This document shows positions 40,492 to 49,965 of a stretch of 64,000 bases of DNA, one piece after another. The notes beneath the pieces are model-generated. The model was not told where the DNA came from, made no database searches, and saw only the letters and a program-made list of their open reading frames with translations. Source of the DNA: Candidatus Latescibacterota bacterium. GTDB taxonomy: Bacteria > Latescibacterota > UBA2968 > UBA8231. Location of the stretch: NCBI GenBank assembly GCA_965208105.1, contig OZ242318.1:1472001-1536000 (forward strand), read 5' to 3'. The position numbers and the translations under genes were made by a program. Numbering within the stretch: the stretch's first letter is position 1; each line of letters starts with the position of its first letter.

Positions 40492-41412
40492 GTGCCAAAT
40501 CCCAGTGCAGCCGGCATCATCACCATTGGGATTGCCTTGCTCGTAATCAGCCTGTCGCCTGGTTTCTCAGGCCGGGCACATGCACATCTGCCGCCCGGCG
40601 AATCCTTCAAGGCATTCCATTTTCCGGACCGCCTCGTTCCCGTCATAGACGGTGACTTGAGCGACTGGGACCCCGTGGACGAATCCTATGTGATTACCAC
40701 CGGGGATTTCCACGATCTCGTCCATGACGCGGAGCCCGACCTCGATGATTTCTCCGTGCGATTGATGGTGGGCTGGAACAAAGCGGAGAACAAGCTCTAT
40801 GTTGCGGCCCAGGTGAGGGACGATCTTCATCAGATCGACCGGGCCGATGGAACGGCCTCCCTGCGGATCTGGCAGGACGACAGCATGAACATCTTCGTCG
40901 ATGCCGATCATTCCGGCGGGCAATATGCCAACTTTCGCGATATGAGCGCCGAGGAGAAACTCCGGTTGAACGGGTCGGCAGCCCAGCACTTCGTCATCGC
41001 CGGCCCCCCTCCCGACGAGGACTTTTTCGTCAACTTTTCGGCGGCGGGCTGGTACTCACTTGCGGACGGACCGCATACCGCTGCCGCCTACGCCCTGGAC
41101 GGCATGGTCGGCGGTCCGGCTGTACTCTCCTACGAGTTCATGCTGACGCCCTTCGATCGGGTGGACATAAGGAACGACCTCTTCAGCGAACCGCATTTCA
41201 TGCAGGAAAACGAGACCATGGGCTTCAACGTGGAGTTCAACGATTTCGATACCAGACCTGATCTCTACGACGCCAAGTGGTCTCTCTCCGGAGGACAAAA
41301 CGCACACCTACTGTCGGAGCGATTTGCGGACCTGATTCTCATGCCCCCGGAGCAGTTATCCATGGTGAAGCCTTCCAGTTGGGGATACATCAAGGCCTCC
41401 TTCAAACCCTGA
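40492..41412 (+). CDS. Secreted CBM9-like/sugar-binding-domain protein with C-terminal S-S-W-G-Y-I-K motif
   Basis: Signal peptide; PVIDGDLSDW, W....LYV...V.DD, D.M.IFVDAD; ends MVKPSSWGYIKASFKP. Confidence 0.7.
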   Translation: MPNPSAAGIITIGIALLVISLSPGFSGRAHAHLPPGESFKAFHFPDRLVPVIDGDLSDWDPVDESYVITTGDFHDLVHDAEPDLDDFSVRLMVGWNKAENKLYVAAQVRDDLHQIDRADGTASLRIWQDDSMNIFVDADHSGGQYANFRDMSAEEKLRLNGSAAQHFVIAGPPPDEDFFVNFSAAGWYSLADGPHTAAAYALDGMVGGPAVLSYEFMLTPFDRVDIRNDLFSEPHFMQENETMGFNVEFNDFDTRPDLYDAKWSLSGGQNAHLLSERFADLILMPPEQLSMVKPSSWGYIKASFKP

Positions 41413-41571
41413 AATGTTCAGGCGCGGAGCGGCTGGCCAGAACATTCCAGGGATGCTTGCCAGGGTTGATTTCAAGCCCGGCGCCAACCGATTTCAGTCT
41501 CGTTTCCCTTCCATCCAGCCCGGCGCAGGCCGGGCCATTTCGGAAAGACAGGGATAGGGACCTCGACTGGC

Positions 41572-42243
41572 TCATTCCTCTGCAAAGCTGGTCTTGAGCA
41601 CTGCCCAGCTCGCAGTGCGGACATCGGTGGGTGTCTGTTCCCGCGAAGAAGCCATCTGAAGGTATTCCGGTATGGAACCAGGAGTGCCACGCTCCGTAGC
41701 GCCCTCGTCCCATCCGCTCGTTTCCCGAGCCGTACCCCAGCTCGTTCCCAGGGTGCCGCTCTGGTCGAAGGCAAGGCGCACCATGGCCTGCTTGAGCTTG
41801 GTGTCTCCCGCCAGTGGGGCTCCTTTGCCGTCGTCTGCCACGTCCAGAAGATCGGCGCTTTCTTCAGGATTCCCATTGTACAGCCGCAGTTGCAGCTTGG
41901 TATTGGGCAGGGAAACGGCCGGACTCACCTGCTGGGGATTTACGGCCAGCATGGACTGGCTGTTGTCCGGCGGGTAGTTGGCGATGAGGAAGGTCCCCTG
42001 AGGAGAAATGCTGCCTTGTTCTATCAGCACCATGACCACCTCGCCATCATTGGCGAGACGGGTGATGGTCCATCCGGACAAATCGATCTCGGAATCGCTC
42101 CTGTTGTACAGCTCGATCCACTCGTCCGCACTTGAGGCATTGCTGCCCATCCACATCAGTTCGCTGAAGACGACCTGCTTCGGGTCCGAGGCGGCCAGCG
42201 GAGCGGTAAAAATGATTAAGGAGAATAAAATGCGGATTCCCAT
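41572..42243 (-). CDS. Secreted lamin-tail-domain protein with C-terminal A-S-W-A-V-L-K motif
   Basis: VVFSELMW, DEWIELYN......DLSGWTI, GTPG; ends TPTDVRTASWAVLKTSFAEE. Confidence 0.8.
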   Translation of the reverse strand: MGIRILFSLIIFTAPLAASDPKQVVFSELMWMGSNASSADEWIELYNRSDSEIDLSGWTITRLANDGEVVMVLIEQGSISPQGTFLIANYPPDNSQSMLAVNPQQVSPAVSLPNTKLQLRLYNGNPEESADLLDVADDGKGAPLAGDTKLKQAMVRLAFDQSGTLGTSWGTARETSGWDEGATERGTPGSIPEYLQMASSREQTPTDVRTASWAVLKTSFAEE

Positions 42244-42578
42244 AGGGTCCCTCCTTGATTGGGTGGGGAAAAGAGTATGTTGGGGATCGGTGCCCCAAAG
42301 CCTGGAGGCCTTGTATGGGCAAGATCTGTGCCGAAGGCCCTGGATGGGAGCTAACCAGTTGTAAATAAAGGAGGGATATCCTCCGAAGGATCAGGAGAAT
42401 AAAGGGTGTCCGGGGAAAATATGGATAGGATGGGAAGCGGGTCTGATACCCTCAGGATACACAGGGTAGGCGGACCTCCGGGCGTGGCCGGCCGCGGTGA
42501 TTTACCCCCGCAACCGCTGCCGCAATCGATGATATTCCACTATGGCGCTGTGGGTGCGAACCCCTGCAGGCAGAGATC

Positions 42579-43727
42579 TCAGGAGCGGCTCGAAGCTCGG
42601 ATTTCAGTAGAGCTGATATCGGCGCGGAAGGAGGTTTCAGGGACCATTTCGAACATCTCCTCGTGAGACCCGGGCAACGCGAGGTCTTCCAGGGTCATGA
42701 AGCGTCCCCCATGCGTCCTCCCGGCCACCAGGAAAGCACAGCCATTCGCCCTCATTTCGGCCAGGGCCGCCTCCAGCCCCCGGGCTCCTTCCGCGTAGTA
42801 TTCCGGATCCAACAGGCGCACCGCCGTGTCGTATCCTATCACGAAGCGGCAGTTTCCAAAGAGGCGCGACTTGCGCAGAAAGGTCGGCGCCCGGGTCAGC
42901 ATCACGGAATACCGGCCCTGGAGCTGTTTCAACCGGTTGTCCAGTTCTGTCCTCGTCAGCGCGGGCTTGTCGACGTTTTCCACCGAGATCTCAAGTGATG
43001 GCGGGAGACCAACCAGGCGGTGAACAGCGGCGGACAGCTCTTCATGACCGCGGTGAAACGGATTGAAGGAACCGGGAAACAGCACCCTGTTGAAGCGCTC
43101 GGCCTCGAGCGTCGCCCTCGCGCCAATCCCTACCTCGACCACCTCCACCTCACCCTGCAGCAGCAGGCCTACGGGGTCCCGGGCACAGAGGAACCGCTTT
43201 TCGACGCGGATCCAATCCGGAAGCTCGCCCGGGCCACCGGGCATTCCACAGGCATCTTCCAGGGCGGCGAGGGCAACCCGGCTGAGGATGTCCTCCTGCT
43301 CCGGCCGCTCTGCCGCCCCTTTGGCGAAATGGATTGAATAGAAGCGGAATTCCTCCCTGAGACGCAGGGCCAGAAAGGCCCTCTCCTCTCCCCGTCTTAC
43401 CCGATTTGTCGCCAGGGCGGCCGTGCATCCGAGCCCGAGGGCCATCCTGGAGTCCCCGTCCAGGGTGCGCAGGCGGGCGAATGCCCTGGTGGCCAGATCG
43501 CGGGCGGTGCCCCCTTCGGCCCGGTGCGGACCGGGAGCGCCCAGGTAGTCCTGCACCGCCCGCTCGTGGTAGGGCACCTGAACTTCCACAACCGCGCGCG
43601 AGGCTCCCGGGTGATTGAGCAGCCAGGTCACCAGCTCGGCGCCTCCTCCCGTGGTCGCCAGCGCCAGCCGCACCCCGCTGCACAGGAGAGCCTCGACCCG
43701 ATCCCAGATCCCTGAATCTGCTGCCAT
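42579..43727 (-). CDS. CinA-like domain fused to a HIGH-family nucleotidyltransferase (NMN/NaMN adenylyltransferase-like)
   Basis: TGGG...PGASR...VPY N-terminal domain; FPGSFNPFHRGH, N.DKP, IG.DT..R, DISSTEIR. Confidence 0.75.
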   Translation of the reverse strand: MAADSGIWDRVEALLCSGVRLALATTGGGAELVTWLLNHPGASRAVVEVQVPYHERAVQDYLGAPGPHRAEGGTARDLATRAFARLRTLDGDSRMALGLGCTAALATNRVRRGEERAFLALRLREEFRFYSIHFAKGAAERPEQEDILSRVALAALEDACGMPGGPGELPDWIRVEKRFLCARDPVGLLLQGEVEVVEVGIGARATLEAERFNRVLFPGSFNPFHRGHEELSAAVHRLVGLPPSLEISVENVDKPALTRTELDNRLKQLQGRYSVMLTRAPTFLRKSRLFGNCRFVIGYDTAVRLLDPEYYAEGARGLEAALAEMRANGCAFLVAGRTHGGRFMTLEDLALPGSHEEMFEMVPETSFRADISSTEIRASSRS

Positions 43728-43731
43728 TGCC

Positions 43732-45147
43732 TCAGCCTGCCACGAAGTCGTAGACTCCCCTCAATCCCCATCCGGTCAGGAACAAGCCGCTGGCCAGGTT
43801 GAGGACCAGCAGCACCGGACCCATCTGCAGGGGGCGCGGCAGGAAGCGGCGGTCCGTCCAGACCATGAGGAGGCACCACAGGCCGCAGGTCAGCACCCCG
43901 CCGAATATGGCAGCCGGTGTCACGATCTGGACCGGGTTGCCCCCCAGCCACATGATCGCCACCCCGCCGATGCCGCAGTAGGCGACCACCCAGGGGCGCA
44001 GGGACCGCAGCGGCAGGTTCCGCACCCGGGGGACCAGCGGGCGCAGACATTCGTTGGTAGTCCGCACATATAGTTCGTAGGCGCCGAGAATGGTGCCGAA
44101 GAAGGCCGTGAACACTCCGAGCTGGTAGAGGTAAAGAAGGTTGGGATGGAGGAGGGTCAGGAACTCCGCCTGGACCGAAAGCAGTTGCAGCCCCGAGGGT
44201 ACGACCTGCTGCGGATAGAGCACCACCGCCCCCAGCACCATGAATGCCAGGGTGAACAACACGATGCAGCCGAACGAAACCGACATGTCGATCAAGGGAG
44301 CCCGCAGCCAGCTCTTGCCCAGTTTGTAATTGTCTTCGTCAGCGGCGATGGAGACGCCATTTCTGCTGTCCTCCACCTTCCGCCCCATCAGCCCCCATCC
44401 CTTCTCGCGCAGCATCCCGATATAGCCGAAGTAGTCCTGGGTGCCGCCGCCGATGGCCCCCAGGTAGGTCCCCAGCTCGATCCAGGCGGAACGCGCGGCT
44501 ATGTCCGGATATTTGGCAACGACCCACGGAGCGTAGGCCGGCATGGTGGGAATGACCGTTCCGGCGATCACCTTGACCCAATCGGGCTGCAGCACCAGCG
44601 CAGCCACCAGGATACTCAGCAGCAGCAGGCCGACGATCAGGGTCTGGGTGCGCTCGAGGGCCGCGTAACTCTGCACCATGGTCAGGGCGATGGCGGCGGC
44701 CACGAAGGCCGTTCCCCAGACGCGCGGGTCCCCCCAGAAATCCACGCTTCCCAGATCGAAGATCCACACCGTCAACCCGCCCAGCATCTTCGGCAGCCCC
44801 GACAACCACAGGGGGAAGCACAGCAGGGTCGCGATGGACAGGACCCACACCGCCCATCCCGGTGGTCCGGGGAGGTATTTCCAGCGCTCTATGGGATGCT
44901 CTCCCGTAAGGGTGATATAGCGCGCCGCCGTGTAGACCTGGACGTACTTCATCAGGCCTCCCCCCACGAAGCACCACAGCAGCGCATATCCGAAGAGCGC
45001 CCCGCCGCGGGAGGCGAATACGGTCTCTCCACTGCCGATGGTCACCGAGGCGATGATGGCCCCGGGGCCGAAAAACCCCAGCATGGCCGTCAGTTTGCGC
45101 GACTTCAGGGCTTCTGGAAGAGATGGATAACGCAACCCTTCGCTCAT
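43732..45147 (-). CDS. NRAMP-like/APC-superfamily membrane transporter
   Basis: GPGAIIASVTIGSGE, G...GY.LLW, many TM segments; GGAG RBS before ATG 45147. Confidence 0.75.
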   Translation of the reverse strand: MSEGLRYPSLPEALKSRKLTAMLGFFGPGAIIASVTIGSGETVFASRGGALFGYALLWCFVGGGLMKYVQVYTAARYITLTGEHPIERWKYLPGPPGWAVWVLSIATLLCFPLWLSGLPKMLGGLTVWIFDLGSVDFWGDPRVWGTAFVAAAIALTMVQSYAALERTQTLIVGLLLLSILVAALVLQPDWVKVIAGTVIPTMPAYAPWVVAKYPDIAARSAWIELGTYLGAIGGGTQDYFGYIGMLREKGWGLMGRKVEDSRNGVSIAADEDNYKLGKSWLRAPLIDMSVSFGCIVLFTLAFMVLGAVVLYPQQVVPSGLQLLSVQAEFLTLLHPNLLYLYQLGVFTAFFGTILGAYELYVRTTNECLRPLVPRVRNLPLRSLRPWVVAYCGIGGVAIMWLGGNPVQIVTPAAIFGGVLTCGLWCLLMVWTDRRFLPRPLQMGPVLLVLNLASGLFLTGWGLRGVYDFVAG

Positions 45148-45446
45148 GATATCGGACTCCTTTGATTCAATGCCGGAGCAATGATAGTCCGCCCCGGACC
45201 CTTTGTCAATCAGCTCCGGACCCCCTTGCACCACCAGGTTTTCATGCAATCATCGAGGGGCTTCGAGGCCGTTTTTTTCAGTAGGTGCTCAAGCCTGAAT
45301 TGCGGCCTCCGTCCGGTTGCGAGACCCATCTCACGCGCCCCCTCTCCCGACCCGACACGGCGCGGCAGTGCGATGGCATGGAGAATTTACCCGCACCGGA
45401 ATTTCCCGCAGCGAATGGAACACCGTCCCTTTCCGGCAGGCCCATC

Positions 45447-45474
45447 TTGACATCGGGGCCGCAGGATATATCTT
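45447..45474 (+). promoter_or_regulatory. Putative sigma70 promoter of the sulfite/nitrite reductase unit
   Basis: TTGACA-N16-TATCTT. Confidence 0.45.
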
Positions 45475-45527
45475 AAACTTTTTCAACCATTTTCATGACC
45501 GGATTCCAATCACCCAGGTAGCAAATC

Positions 45528-47786
45528 ATGAGCACATCAGCGAATTGGAAGGAACACCTGGCCGGCCGCATCCCCGAGGCATGGGGTGAGGAGATCGACC
45601 ACTTCGAGACCCAGATCGAGCTGAGAAGGCAGAACAAGCTGGACGAGATCATATTCATGGAGACCCGACTGCGGCGCGGGGTCTACGGCCAGCGCTACGA
45701 CAATGGTGAGCGCCGGGACGGAGCTCACGTCCAAAAGCTGAAGTTCCCCAGCGGAGAGCTTACCAAGGGCACCAACGCCCTGTGGGACGCCCCCGGGATG
45801 CAGCGCATCAAGATCCCCTTCGGCGGTCTCAACACCGAGCAGATGGATGTTCTGGCAGACCTCAGCGAGGAATACTCCGACGCCATCTGCCACGTCACCA
45901 CGCGCCAGGACATCCAGCTCCACTTCGTCCACATCGACGACACCCCGGACCTCATGCGCCGCCTCGCAGCCGTCGGGATCACCACCCGCGAAGCCTGCGG
46001 GAACTCGGTCCGCAACGTCACCGCCTGTCCCCTCTCCGGCGTCTGCCGCACCGAGGCCTTCGACGTGACGCCCTATGCCCGCGCCTGTGCATTTTTCCTC
46101 CTCGGACATCCCGACGTCCAGGACTTCGGCCGCAAGTTCAAACCCGCCTTCTCCGGCTGCAAGCACGAAGCCTGCGGCCTCACTACGATGCACGACCTGG
46201 GGGCGATCGCCGCGACCCGCACGGTCGACGGCAAGGTGGAGCGCGGCTTCGAACTCTACGTGGGAGGCGGCCTGGGGGCCGTCCCACACCAGGCCAAGCT
46301 CTTCGACCCCTTCGTCGACGAGAAGGATCTTCTTCCGACCATTCAAGCTATCTCGCGGGTCTTCGCGCGCCTGGGGGAAAAGGCCAACCGCGCCCGGGCC
46401 CGCATCAAGTTTCTGGTGGCCAAGCTCGGAATCGAGGAGTTCCGCCGCCTCGTCGTGGAAGAACGGGAAGCCATTCCCCCGGACCAGCGCTGGACCGCTT
46501 ACCTCGACGACCTGGATATCTGCGACGAGGAGGGCCTCAAACCCGGGCTTGCCCTGGACCGCGACGTGGGGGATGAAGGCTTCGGCGAATGGTACAAAAC
46601 CAATGTCTACCGCCAGCGACAGGAAGGATACGTGGTCGCCACCGTCGCCTTGCCGCTCGGCGACATCACCGCCGACCAGCTGCGCGCCCTGGCGGCCATC
46701 TCCCGGCGCTTCGTCAAGGACACGGTAAGGACTACGGTGGAGCAGAACATCGTGCTGCGCTGGGTCAGGGAAGCGGATCTGCCGGAACTCTACGGGGAAC
46801 TGCGGAAAATCGGCCTCCACCAGTCGGGGGCGGGCACAATCGTCGACGTGACCGCCTGCCCCGGGACCGATACCTGCAGGCTGGGCATCGCCTCCTCCCG
46901 CGGCCTGGCCGCCGAGCTGCGCAAGCGCCTGGCCGCGCAGAACCTGCAATTCGACCAGGCCGTCAAGGACCTGCGCATCAAGCTCAGCGGATGCTTCAAT
47001 TCATGCGGCCAGCACCATATCGCCGACCTGGGATTCTACGGAATCAGCCGCAAGGTCGGAGGCTACACGGTTCCTCACTTCCAGGTCGTCCTGGGCGGGC
47101 AGTGGTCCGAGAACGCCGCTTCCTTCGGGTTGCCCATCGGGGCGGTTCCGTCCAGGAGGATCCCCGACGTGGTTGCCCGCATGACGGAGAGCTACATACA
47201 TGGCCGCGGCAAGGGGGAGAGCTTCCAGGACTACATCCGGCGCATCGGAAAGAGGGAAGCCAAAGCCATGCTCGAGGACCTGACTCCCGTGCCCCCGCAC
47301 GATGAGGACGCCTCGTACTACAGCGACTGGGGCGACCCCCGCGAGTTCACTCTCGGAGACATGGGCAAAGGCGAATGCGCCGGCGAGGTTGTTCCCCTGA
47401 TCCACTTCGAGCTGTCCGACTGCGAAAGGGAGGCCTTCGAGGCCCAGGTCCTGCTCGAGGAGGGCGACTTCGAAAAATCCTACCATACCGCCTGTAGCGC
47501 CATGCTGCACGCCGCCAAGGCCCTGGTGAAGACCCAGTTCCTCGACATCCCGGAAGACCCGGACGCCATCGTGGCAGAGTTTCGCGAGCGCTTCTGCGAT
47601 ACGAAGCTGTTCTGGGACACCTATGCGCAGGACAAGTTCGCCCGCTACCTCCTTCGCGTCCACGAGACCGAGGTGGCCGAGTACACCCAGGACCTCGCCC
47701 GCAAGACCAGCGAGGAAGCGGGACTTTTCATCGAGGCCACCTACCGCTGCTTCGACGCCATGTCCACAACCAGCACGGCTCCCTGA
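45528..47786 (+). CDS. Siroheme-[4Fe-4S] nitrite/sulfite reductase with extra C-terminal (HEPN-like) domain
   Basis: RGVYGQR, TTRQDIQLH, CGNSVRN, RKFK, CPGTDTC and SGCFNSC siroheme/cluster ligands. Confidence 0.92.
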   Translation: MSTSANWKEHLAGRIPEAWGEEIDHFETQIELRRQNKLDEIIFMETRLRRGVYGQRYDNGERRDGAHVQKLKFPSGELTKGTNALWDAPGMQRIKIPFGGLNTEQMDVLADLSEEYSDAICHVTTRQDIQLHFVHIDDTPDLMRRLAAVGITTREACGNSVRNVTACPLSGVCRTEAFDVTPYARACAFFLLGHPDVQDFGRKFKPAFSGCKHEACGLTTMHDLGAIAATRTVDGKVERGFELYVGGGLGAVPHQAKLFDPFVDEKDLLPTIQAISRVFARLGEKANRARARIKFLVAKLGIEEFRRLVVEEREAIPPDQRWTAYLDDLDICDEEGLKPGLALDRDVGDEGFGEWYKTNVYRQRQEGYVVATVALPLGDITADQLRALAAISRRFVKDTVRTTVEQNIVLRWVREADLPELYGELRKIGLHQSGAGTIVDVTACPGTDTCRLGIASSRGLAAELRKRLAAQNLQFDQAVKDLRIKLSGCFNSCGQHHIADLGFYGISRKVGGYTVPHFQVVLGGQWSENAASFGLPIGAVPSRRIPDVVARMTESYIHGRGKGESFQDYIRRIGKREAKAMLEDLTPVPPHDEDASYYSDWGDPREFTLGDMGKGECAGEVVPLIHFELSDCEREAFEAQVLLEEGDFEKSYHTACSAMLHAAKALVKTQFLDIPEDPDAIVAEFRERFCDTKLFWDTYAQDKFARYLLRVHETEVAEYTQDLARKTSEEAGLFIEATYRCFDAMSTTSTAP

Positions 47787-47818
47787 ACCCGGTCAGCGAG
47801 CAGATAGAATCCGAAGCG

Positions 47819-48379
47819 ATGGAACTTTCCCGCGTCAACGTCAAATTTTTTCTCGAGACATGGAAGGTCTCTCCCGATGACACCTTCCGGACCTTCAATG
47901 GCTGGGTCTCCAACAACCCCGATGAGGTTCTGATCGACGTGGCGGATTACAGCCACCTTCACGCCGGCCCGATCACACTCCTCGTGGGCCACGAGGCCAA
48001 TTTCAGCATCGACAACTCCAACCACAGACCGGGGTTGCTCTACGCCCGCAAGAAGCCCCTGGAGGGGGACCTGCCCGCCAGGCTGCAGTCCGTCTTTTCC
48101 TCCACTCTAACGGCCTGCCGCCGCCTGGAACGGGAACCGGACCTGGCCGGGAAGGTCAAATTTCGCGGCGAGGAGTTTTCGCTGTCGGCAGTGGACCGGC
48201 TGCACACTCCCCCCGCCGAAGAGATCCGGGCCGGACTCGACAAGCTCCTGGAGAAACTCTACGGAGGAGCGGACTTCTCGGTTGAATACAGCGCGGATTC
48301 GACCGCCCGTCCCACCTTTCACGTCAAGGCAGGCACCTCCTTCACGGTCTCGGACCTGCTTGACAAGCTCCAGCCTTGA
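47819..48379 (+). CDS. Conserved hypothetical protein, probably co-transcribed with the reductase
   Basis: Host-like codon style; block LIDVADYSH...GP..LLVGHE; 32 nt after the reductase stop. Confidence 0.7.
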   Translation: MELSRVNVKFFLETWKVSPDDTFRTFNGWVSNNPDEVLIDVADYSHLHAGPITLLVGHEANFSIDNSNHRPGLLYARKKPLEGDLPARLQSVFSSTLTACRRLEREPDLAGKVKFRGEEFSLSAVDRLHTPPAEEIRAGLDKLLEKLYGGADFSVEYSADSTARPTFHVKAGTSFTVSDLLDKLQP

Positions 48380-48472
48380 CACCGTCAGCCGCTTGGGCTT
48401 TTTTTTATCTTTTCAGTAGTTTTTCAGTTCTTCGGACTCAGAGCGCGATCAAGCCACATCCAGGAGGAAATC

Positions 48473-48787
48473 ATGACCTATGTCATTGCGGAACCATGCC
48501 TCGACGTAAAGGATAAATCCTGCGTCGAGGTCTGTCCGGTTGACTGCATCCACCCCACCGACGGAGAAGGGGAGCCCATACTGTACATCGACCCCGACGA
48601 GTGCATCGATTGCGGGGCCTGTGAACCTGAGTGTCCGGTCGAAGCTATTTTCGCGGAAGAAGACGTGCCGGATGAGTGGACTCAATTCACCGAGATCAAC
48701 GCCAAGTATTTCGAACTGAAGGATTCACCCGGCGAATGGGACCAGTATAAAGAGGACAATTCCTCACAACTCGAGAAAAACGGTTAA
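48473..48787 (+). CDS. Ferredoxin (7Fe FdxA type)
   Basis: MTYVIAEPC....D.SCVEVCPVDCI...CIDCGACEPECPVEAI; AGGAGG RBS. Confidence 0.95.
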   Translation: MTYVIAEPCLDVKDKSCVEVCPVDCIHPTDGEGEPILYIDPDECIDCGACEPECPVEAIFAEEDVPDEWTQFTEINAKYFELKDSPGEWDQYKEDNSSQLEKNG

Positions 48788-48816
48788 TCGCCCTGTGATT
48801 TTCGGGAGCAGGTCAT

Positions 48817-48849
48817 AGCCGGAATGTCCGCGCGACATTCCGGCTTTTT
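48817..48849 (+). terminator. Rho-independent terminator
   Basis: AGCCGGAATGTC-N5-GACATTCCGGCT perfect 12-bp stem followed by a T run. Confidence 0.85.
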
Positions 48850-48939
48850 GCGCCCTTGACTACCCGGGCCGGGAATCACTAATTTTCCTGGCTGAAATCA
48901 TCGGTCCCCATCACCCCAATCGAGAAGTGCTCAAGGAAA

Positions 48940-49965
48940 ATGGCAAAACAGATCAGAAAGACAAAGGCGAAGGCCAAGGCAAAGAGCAGAAAGAAGGAAA
49001 GGCCCCAGGTGGACGCGGAAAAGCTCTGGTTCATGTACCGCAAGATGAACGAGATCCGCTTCTTCGAAGAAAACGTGTGGGACGTCTACACCCGGGGTCT
49101 CATGCCCGGCCTGGCGCACCTTTACATCGGCGAGGAGGGCGTGGCCGTCGGCACCTGCTCGGCCCTGAGAGACGACGACTACATCACGAGTACCCACCGC
49201 GGCCACGGCCACTGCCTGGCCAAAGGAGGCAAACTCGATCGCATGATGGCCGAGATCATGGGCAAGGAGACGGGCTATTGCCGCGGCAAGGGAGGCTCCA
49301 TGCACATCGCCGACATGTCGGTGGGAATCCTCGGGGCGAACGGCATAGTGGGCGGCGGCTTCGGAATCTCAACGGGGGCCGCCCTCTCCGCCCAGAAGCG
49401 CGGCACCGACCAGGTAGCCGTGTGCTTCTTCGGAGACGGCGCGGCCAACCAGGGCATCATGCTGGAAACCCTCAACATGGCCGTGATCTGGGACCTGCCG
49501 GTAATCTACGTCTGCGAAAACAACCAGTACGGGGAGCACACCTCCTACCGGAAGGTGACCGGCGTCGAGGACATCGCCCAGCGCGCCGAGGGGCTGGGGA
49601 TCGAGGGCATCATCACCGACGGCTCGGACGTCCTGGAGGTATACAGTACCATCTCCACCGCGGTTTCCAAGGCGCGCCGGGGCAAGGGTCCGACCCTTGT
49701 GGAGGCCAAGACCTACCGGTTCCGCGGGCACCACGTCGGCGATGGAGGACACTACCGCACCAACGACGAGGTCAGGTGGTGGATGGACAACAAGGATCCC
49801 ATCAAGCTCCTGGGCGACCACATGTGCAAGACCAAAGTGGCCACCCGGGAAGAGCTCGACGCCTTGCAGGAACAGATCGAAAAGGAAGTGCTGGACGCCG
49901 TTGAATTCGGCAAGGACTCGCCATTGCCCCCACCCGAACAAGCCTACGAGGACCTTTATGCCTGA
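48940..49965 (+). CDS. TPP-dependent dehydrogenase E1 alpha subunit (acetoin/pyruvate type)
   Basis: STHRGHGH, GKGGSMH, GDGA.N.G...E..N, ENNQY, TYRF.GH. Confidence 0.93.
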   Translation: MAKQIRKTKAKAKAKSRKKERPQVDAEKLWFMYRKMNEIRFFEENVWDVYTRGLMPGLAHLYIGEEGVAVGTCSALRDDDYITSTHRGHGHCLAKGGKLDRMMAEIMGKETGYCRGKGGSMHIADMSVGILGANGIVGGGFGISTGAALSAQKRGTDQVAVCFFGDGAANQGIMLETLNMAVIWDLPVIYVCENNQYGEHTSYRKVTGVEDIAQRAEGLGIEGIITDGSDVLEVYSTISTAVSKARRGKGPTLVEAKTYRFRGHHVGDGGHYRTNDEVRWWMDNKDPIKLLGDHMCKTKVATREELDALQEQIEKEVLDAVEFGKDSPLPPPEQAYEDLYA

